64,000 bases of DNA from Candidatus Aenigmatarchaeota archaeon (GTDB lineage Archaea > Aenigmatarchaeota > Aenigmatarchaeia > PWEA01): positions 30,024 through 94,023 of the forward strand of contig JBKHHD010000003.1 in the NCBI GenBank assembly GCA_046539325.1, read 5' to 3'. The translations under genes were made by a program, and so were the position numbers. Positions 58,537 through 64,000 of the stretch are shown piece after piece. Numbering within the stretch: the stretch's first letter is position 1; the number at the start of each line of letters is the position of its first letter. The notes under the pieces were generated by a model. It was not told where the DNA came from. It did not search any database and was given only the letters and a program-made list of their open reading frames with translations.

Positions 58537-61500
58537 TCAAAGTTTTTTACCAGCTTTCTTCCTGAGCTCCTCAATCCTTCTCTTATACTCGTCCTTCTTT
58601 CTGTAAACTCTGGGTGAAGTAATCAATAGTATAATAATTAGGAGGGCGATCACATGCCATGGCTCCACAATCAAAAGTGCTTCTTCGCCACTGACCCAGA
58701 AGGTCGTTGTATCAGTTTCAATTACCTGTGTACCTTTTTTCATTTTCATTTCGACTGTATAGTTGCCCGAAGGAAGTCCTGAGAGGTCGAATGATATACT
58801 TTTCTCCAACGAATCGCTATCCATAAGCAAGACATCTGAAAAAACTTCATCCTTTTTCGGATAAGGACCGAAAACGTTCACTTCGATGTTGCTTCCCCTG
58901 TGGCCTTCTTCACCCACAGCAAGTACTGAGATATTGGCAACTCCAGCTTGCGTATAGTTCATTGCATCGCTACTAGCAACAAGTATTGGAGGGAGTTCAT
59001 GGTAAACGAGGCTCATATCCTTGGTATCGTCTCTAAGAAAGTCCATGGGACCAACCTTTAGCTGCCCGTCCTCTTCCCTGTAGTCGAATTCCTCACCATC
59101 CACTTCGACGCTTTCAATCTGATCCTCAGTTATACTATACGAAAAGTAAACGTCGCGATATCTCTCTGGAGCGGGGTTACGGAACCTGTTCTCTAAGAGG
59201 AAAGTAACTTGTGTCTCATTGGAGCCAAGAATCTCCATACCTTCCTCCTCTACGACAACAGGTGGAGTATAGGCTTCGAGGGTCAGGATCTTTCTCCCCA
59301 TGGGCTCCATATCTACTTCGAAGTTAACAAACTCCCTTCCTCTTCGCTCACGGATATCCAACTCCTCACCCTCGTAACTACAGGAGAAAGCTTCCCTGGG
59401 CAGATCTACCTCTATGCTTTTGGAAACGGGCTCGTTGTTTGGATTGTTTACGGTAACCTCTCTTGTCCACCGAACGGGTTTATCTATGATAGCTTCGTCC
59501 TGTTCCCAGTCATCACGCCTGACGTTTATATCCTCAAGCTCCCAGCCGACCCTTACAGGAGTCACAGCATCGTCGCTTATGAATCTGTCTTCATAGTCGT
59601 CATAGCCAGAGAGACGTGTTATTACTTCATTTGTACCGTATTCAAGGCCTGCGTTGTAGCTGATATTTATAACATCATCGTTCCTTAGAACGAAACCATG
59701 CTCCTCGTCAATCAACATATCGACTTCATAGATATGATGCGTTTCTCCCGCGACCTCCGTCGTGCCCTTGTCCACAATTTCGTAGTCACCGGAATCAATC
59801 TCATGCCAGTCACCTCTCTTGAGATGAATATCAACAGAAGGCTCTTCAATACTCGTTCCGTTTGGCAACATGAATTCAAAGCCTACTTCCCTCAAACCTG
59901 CATCTCCTGTATCTATTATCCTGTCCGATCTCCTGACCTCAACGAGGTTTCCTGAAAGCACGGACGACGTGGACTCTATCGGATCGATCTCTATCCTCTC
60001 GGCAGGTGAAGGTGCAGGCTGTTCTGGTTCTGGCTCGGGTTCAGGTTCGGGTTCAGGTTCGGGTTCAACACCTGATATTTGCTTGGAACGAACCTCAGTA
60101 TCTACATCAGGCGTACCTGATTTCGTTATCAGAGTAGAGTTACTGTAAAATTCGTAAGTCATGTCCTCCTCGAAACTTTTTGATTCAGTGACATACTCCA
60201 GTATAAGATCTTCGTTCGGGTCAAAGGAATCTACCGTACTTTCCGTAACATTTACCTGAGCTCTGACAAAACCTTTGTCAGAATCTGTTGAGTTCACAAC
60301 GGTGATGTTAGCATCGTCTGTGAGATCTATGTTATCTGATCCTTCATACAACAGCCTGATATCATCTCTGGACACAGACCACTCAGTGAGATTACCTTCT
60401 TGAGAGGAATTTGGTATACTTGAAAATATTTCCACTTCTTCTATTCCTACTTCTTCGTGGCCTAGGTTCCTTACAGGCTCCCTGACCTTCATTTCTCTGT
60501 CCTCAAGATCATTTTTTAAAACCGAAAGGCTTTTCGTCAGGTCTCCCCTTACCTGATAAAGCGCGGGGAAATCAATACTTGATTCCAAAAAGCCTTGATA
60601 AAGGGAATCACCCCAGATTAGCCCCCAGTCAAAGAACGTATAATACTCCTCCTTTTCATCAGAGTCCGACTCGTACTTGTCTGTGTAGACGGACTCACCC
60701 AGATCTATCATTTTACTTTCTTCAAATTCAGAACTCAGTAGTGGATGATCCTGCCCTGTTCTGTACAACTCCCATCCATCAACATAATACCTGAGGCTAT
60801 CTGCCTTGTTTACAATAAAGCCCCTCACAATCCAAGAATCTTTAGATGTTTCGGAGAGATGTATTCCCTTTCTCACGTTCCCTTTAGCACTTCTCTCATG
60901 GAAGTTTATTCCTGTATATGTATCTCCCTGTTTGTCGGAAGCCCTGTACTCGCCCTGATCCATGTAGAGCGGTGAATATTCAGGGAAGTTCACTCCAGGC
61001 TTGGTTTCACCTCGGAACCGGATAGTTACATTTCTACCAGAAGAACTATTCAAACCTCCTGACCAAACGATTCTCTCAAACTGTCCGTTGCCCTGGACGT
61101 CACGTCTCTTACATTCACCAAAAGTGCAGTTGGGCTCTAGAAAATTAAAGGAATCCTCATCAGACGGCCCGGTATCCGTGGGAGCAACGAACAAAAGTTC
61201 AGCGGAATTCATGTCCTGGTTTGCCTGAAGGCTAACATTGAAGCCAAAGAGATTCTCAGAGGAATGTATTTCCTTTCCTCCATCCAGGTTCACGTATTCA
61301 ACAGTGGTGTTTATTCTCGGATAGGACCCGATGTCGGTCAGATTTATATCGTAGTTCCGATCCTTGTCCGATTCTGTTGTGTTAAGGTAAACCTTCGTAG
61401 GTTCATTTTCTGGTGAAGCAAGCGACGGTCTGTAAGTCTGGTTAGACTCAAGGTTTGTTCCCTGTGTACTATCTAAACGCAAAGAAACTTCCTGAAGAAC

Positions 61501-61737
61501 GTCTTTGGTAAGGACCTCCACTGATCCCTCAGCTTCTTCCTTGACCAATGTACCATTCGGAAACCACCGCGAGTTTATTTCTTCAATGATAAAGGTTCTC
61601 GGTGGGTAAACCTCAGCGGCGGTAGCTGTCTCTGAGGCAATGGGCAAGGAAACAGCAACTAAGAATAAACATATCAGTAAGCCAGTCGTTATTTCGCTCT
61701 CCATGTCCTCTCGTTCCATATTTACCTCTACCACCAA
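58537..61737 (-). CDS. Secreted, C-terminally anchored surface protein (1066 aa), paralog of 55189-58488
   Basis: Colinear shared motifs with the neighbouring gene; (EP)n linker; C-terminal TM. Confidence 0.85.
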   Translation of the reverse strand: MVVEVNMEREDMESEITTGLLICLFLVAVSLPIASETATAAEVYPPRTFIIEEINSRWFPNGTLVKEEAEGSVEVLTKDVLQEVSLRLDSTQGTNLESNQTYRPSLASPENEPTKVYLNTTESDKDRNYDINLTDIGSYPRINTTVEYVNLDGGKEIHSSENLFGFNVSLQANQDMNSAELLFVAPTDTGPSDEDSFNFLEPNCTFGECKRRDVQGNGQFERIVWSGGLNSSSGRNVTIRFRGETKPGVNFPEYSPLYMDQGEYRASDKQGDTYTGINFHERSAKGNVRKGIHLSETSKDSWIVRGFIVNKADSLRYYVDGWELYRTGQDHPLLSSEFEESKMIDLGESVYTDKYESDSDEKEEYYTFFDWGLIWGDSLYQGFLESSIDFPALYQVRGDLTKSLSVLKNDLEDREMKVREPVRNLGHEEVGIEEVEIFSSIPNSSQEGNLTEWSVSRDDIRLLYEGSDNIDLTDDANITVVNSTDSDKGFVRAQVNVTESTVDSFDPNEDLILEYVTESKSFEEDMTYEFYSNSTLITKSGTPDVDTEVRSKQISGVEPEPEPEPEPEPEPEQPAPSPAERIEIDPIESTSSVLSGNLVEVRRSDRIIDTGDAGLREVGFEFMLPNGTSIEEPSVDIHLKRGDWHEIDSGDYEIVDKGTTEVAGETHHIYEVDMLIDEEHGFVLRNDDVINISYNAGLEYGTNEVITRLSGYDDYEDRFISDDAVTPVRVGWELEDINVRRDDWEQDEAIIDKPVRWTREVTVNNPNNEPVSKSIEVDLPREAFSCSYEGEELDIRERRGREFVNFEVDMEPMGRKILTLEAYTPPVVVEEEGMEILGSNETQVTFLLENRFRNPAPERYRDVYFSYSITEDQIESVEVDGEEFDYREEDGQLKVGPMDFLRDDTKDMSLVYHELPPILVASSDAMNYTQAGVANISVLAVGEEGHRGSNIEVNVFGPYPKKDEVFSDVLLMDSDSLEKSISFDLSGLPSGNYTVEMKMKKGTQVIETDTTTFWVSGEEALLIVEPWHVIALLIIILLITSPRVYRKKDEYKRRIEELRKKAGKKL
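60022..60066 (-). repeat. Hexanucleotide tandem repeat encoding a (Glu-Pro)n linker
   Basis: GAACCC/GAACCT/GAGCCA units encoding EPEPEPEPEPEPEPE. Confidence 0.85.
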
Positions 61738-63998
61738 ATAAAAGTTTCTTCCTTTCCCCTATTATAATATATGTCTAGAATTGCTTTCATTTCATCTTTG
61801 ATATTACCGTCTTCATCTTCAACTGTTAGCTTTAAACTGGTTTCGCCATCGATCAACCTCTTCAGCTTCTCTGGCGGCAGGATGCAACGAGGTTTATCAG
61901 GGCCTGTATCACATATCCTTTCATCGTCCTCGTAAACTGTAAACTCCGAGATATTTCCTCCGGTTGCCCTAGTTTCGAGCAGAAGGTTGGCGCTCTGGGC
62001 CTCATAACCCCTAAGCTCTCTCGGTTCGAAGTCAAGTTCTACGGCTTCACCCTCATTTATCTCCCCGACAGGCAAGGTTTCATTATAGGAAACCGAAGTT
62101 AAAGCCGGTCCTGTCCTCGTGAAAAAGCCTGTTGCCCCATCCCCCGCCGCAAGGAACCCGCTGAAGAAAACAAAGCCCACTAGAACTAAAACAGCCATCG
62201 CCTCTCTCTGGTCAGAGTTCCTGTGCTCGACTTTTCTGTCCTCTTCGATCTTTTCGAAGAAAGACTCCTTACCTGTCTTGTTGCTTTCGTGGTAACTGTA
62301 GTTCCCAGAGCCTGTCATGGTTCTTCTGACCATAAACGCCGTTAAGAGAACAATTCCTAATATCAGGAGTATGATGTAGAGCCATCTGAACTCCATCTCC
62401 TCTTCGATCTCAACTCTGAAAGTATCTGTGGCTATAGCCTCCCTTCCCGTGTAGGTGACGAAGGACTCAAAGACGTACATTCCTTCCTCCAGGTCTTCTG
62501 GCAACATAAGCTCGAGCTCCTCCTCCGTTCTATCCTCGACCGCAAATGTCTCTGACTTCTGTGTTAGTATCTCACCATCTTCATCCCTTACGGAGTACGT
62601 GTTCACGACGTCGACCTTTGCCATCCTACCGCCTATGTTCTCCATCCTGAGTACGCCTCCTATCGACTCGCCCGGACTTACGGAATGTTCGGTAAGACTG
62701 AGAGATGTATCAAAGGCCGGGATGTTCGCCGACTCGTGCATCTCCGTCCTTATATGTGCATCATGGATCGGGTCGAATCCGGAGAGTACTGTTGGGAGCT
62801 TCCACTGCCCGCCGCCTATCAGGGAGACGTTGTACCTGATGTTTATCGTGTCGTTTTCGTACAGGTTTCCGTCCCAGTTGCTGAAGCTGTCAAGGGTCAT
62901 GTTGTAGTGGTACAGTCTTGCATCATCACCATCCTGCAGGGATACTGGTATGTCTTCCTCCAATACGTAGTCAGTTCCGTTGACGAGTTCCGTTTGGGTT
63001 CCATCCGTCGAGTTCATATATCTGACCGTAAGGTTATCAAGCTCCTCGGCAGCGTTAGGAAGGTAGTCAGCAATCATCAACTCGGAGCTGACTCCTCCGA
63101 GAGATGTCATATTAACCTCAACGCTCGCTACCTGTGGATTCTCGGTATCCGGAATCCAGACGTCCTTGTTGCCTCTGAGAACTACATTGTAGACGTCCAC
63201 AGTGCTGTTTATACTGTCCTCCTTGGTGTTATCTATCGTGTCGGTCACAGTTCCGTTCGTATCGACCAGCCTTTCCTCTCCTGCATCCATCTCAGAGCTG
63301 GTCATTGTGTAGTTGAGCTTCAGGCTGTCGTTTTCCTGCAGGTAGTCCGCCTCCTTCTGGCCCAGATCCGTCAGCGTAACGTTTATCACAGTGTTGTCGT
63401 CGCCGTGCTCCGTGACCTCTATCACTGCGTCGTCGGTGACCTCCTTCTCCTTGTACGGGCTGTACCCATGCTTCGTAACTGTTATATTCTTCTCCACCGG
63501 AGCCTCGAAGTCGTGTGGAACCTCGTCCAGTATCTCCACGTCCGTGATGTTGTTCTGGCTCTGATCGACGTCCATAGTAGTCGTAACATCAATATCCGTG
63601 GCCTCGTCAACTACCACGGAGTCAGGTCTCATGTCCTTCGAAAGGCTTATGTCAACTGTTGAAACCGTGAAAACCACGGAGTCGTTGACACCGACGTTGC
63701 CCGCAGAGTCGTTGCAGTAAACCTCAAGGCCGTATGTTCCATCAGACCCGAACTCTATGATATCGTTCCACGTCGTCTCCTCCGACCCGGAGAAGGTCTC
63801 GTTGCCCGATGTCTGATCCTCATCGGGATCCGTGTTCCACCAGCACGACTCCGCCGGCTCCGAAACGCTCACGTTCAGGTCGACGTCCTTCGATCCGTAG
63901 GTCCTGTTCTCCGGGCTCTCGACATTAACCTGTGGTGCTCCTGTGTCCACGTGTATCGTCCTGTTCTCCGTGGTGTTCACGTTCCCGGCCTCGTCCCG
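61728..63998 (-). CDS. Large surface protein with Ig-like (DxAGN) and DUF11-like modules and two TM helices; 5' end lies beyond the window
   Basis: Frame is open to the window edge (…RDEAGNVNTTENRT…); YCNDSAGNVG, ILDEVPHDF, IADYLPN; two hydrophobic segments near the C-terminus. Confidence 0.85.
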   Translation of the reverse strand, partial: RDEAGNVNTTENRTIHVDTGAPQVNVESPENRTYGSKDVDLNVSVSEPAESCWWNTDPDEDQTSGNETFSGSEETTWNDIIEFGSDGTYGLEVYCNDSAGNVGVNDSVVFTVSTVDISLSKDMRPDSVVVDEATDIDVTTTMDVDQSQNNITDVEILDEVPHDFEAPVEKNITVTKHGYSPYKEKEVTDDAVIEVTEHGDDNTVINVTLTDLGQKEADYLQENDSLKLNYTMTSSEMDAGEERLVDTNGTVTDTIDNTKEDSINSTVDVYNVVLRGNKDVWIPDTENPQVASVEVNMTSLGGVSSELMIADYLPNAAEELDNLTVRYMNSTDGTQTELVNGTDYVLEEDIPVSLQDGDDARLYHYNMTLDSFSNWDGNLYENDTINIRYNVSLIGGGQWKLPTVLSGFDPIHDAHIRTEMHESANIPAFDTSLSLTEHSVSPGESIGGVLRMENIGGRMAKVDVVNTYSVRDEDGEILTQKSETFAVEDRTEEELELMLPEDLEEGMYVFESFVTYTGREAIATDTFRVEIEEEMEFRWLYIILLILGIVLLTAFMVRRTMTGSGNYSYHESNKTGKESFFEKIEEDRKVEHRNSDQREAMAVLVLVGFVFFSGFLAAGDGATGFFTRTGPALTSVSYNETLPVGEINEGEAVELDFEPRELRGYEAQSANLLLETRATGGNISEFTVYEDDERICDTGPDKPRCILPPEKLKRLIDGETSLKLTVEDEDGNIKDEMKAILDIYYNRGKEETFIWW

Positions 63999-64000
63999 TG

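Noticed and set aside
60022-60066. Short tandem repeat as CRISPR or contingency locus
   Set aside because: It is an in-frame, synonymously varied Glu-Pro linker with no spacers or cas genes.
62685-63662. 325-aa plus-strand ORF
   Set aside because: Antisense shadow of the large surface-protein gene.
1-64000. Genome-wide TAG recoding
   Set aside because: TAG terminates conserved genes at their expected ends (aCPSF1, rpoP, rrp42, rsmA).

Overview
Archaeal chromosomal window. The proteome is strongly acidic (Glu/Asp-rich, salt-adapted), and the gene content and pilin families point to a DPANN archaeon, possibly a halophilic Aenigmatarchaeota-like lineage (inference). About 1-33 kb is mostly housekeeping: purB, rdgB, DEAD-box helicase, rsmA, ppdK, proS, psmB-aCPSF1-AN1/rhomboid, sepF, the exosome/proteasome superoperon (psmA-SBDS-rrp4-rrp41-rrp42-rpl37ae-rpoP-pcc1-pfdB-DHH), nth and archease-X-rtcB. 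There are five tRNAs, three with introns. About 33-64 kb is a large surface-apparatus locus: two KaiC-like ATPases, a major pilin, a type IV pilus assembly module, minor pilins, a vWA adhesin, coiled-coil proteins, a 2982-aa protein fusing a giant extracellular beta-propeller/Ig-like region through one TM helix to a cytoplasmic HerA/VirB4-family ATPase, and three related membrane-anchored surface proteins. The most notable observations are (1) the giant adhesin-ATPase fusion system, (2) tRNA-Met and tRNA-Tyr introns that share variant box C/D motifs with antisense guides pointing by the D+5 rule at C34 and C39 of their own pre-tRNAs, (3) a non-canonical D-arm intron in tRNA-Ile, and (4) an in-frame amber codon, a probable CTG start and several structured UTRs. 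No CRISPR array, rRNA or mobile element was seen.
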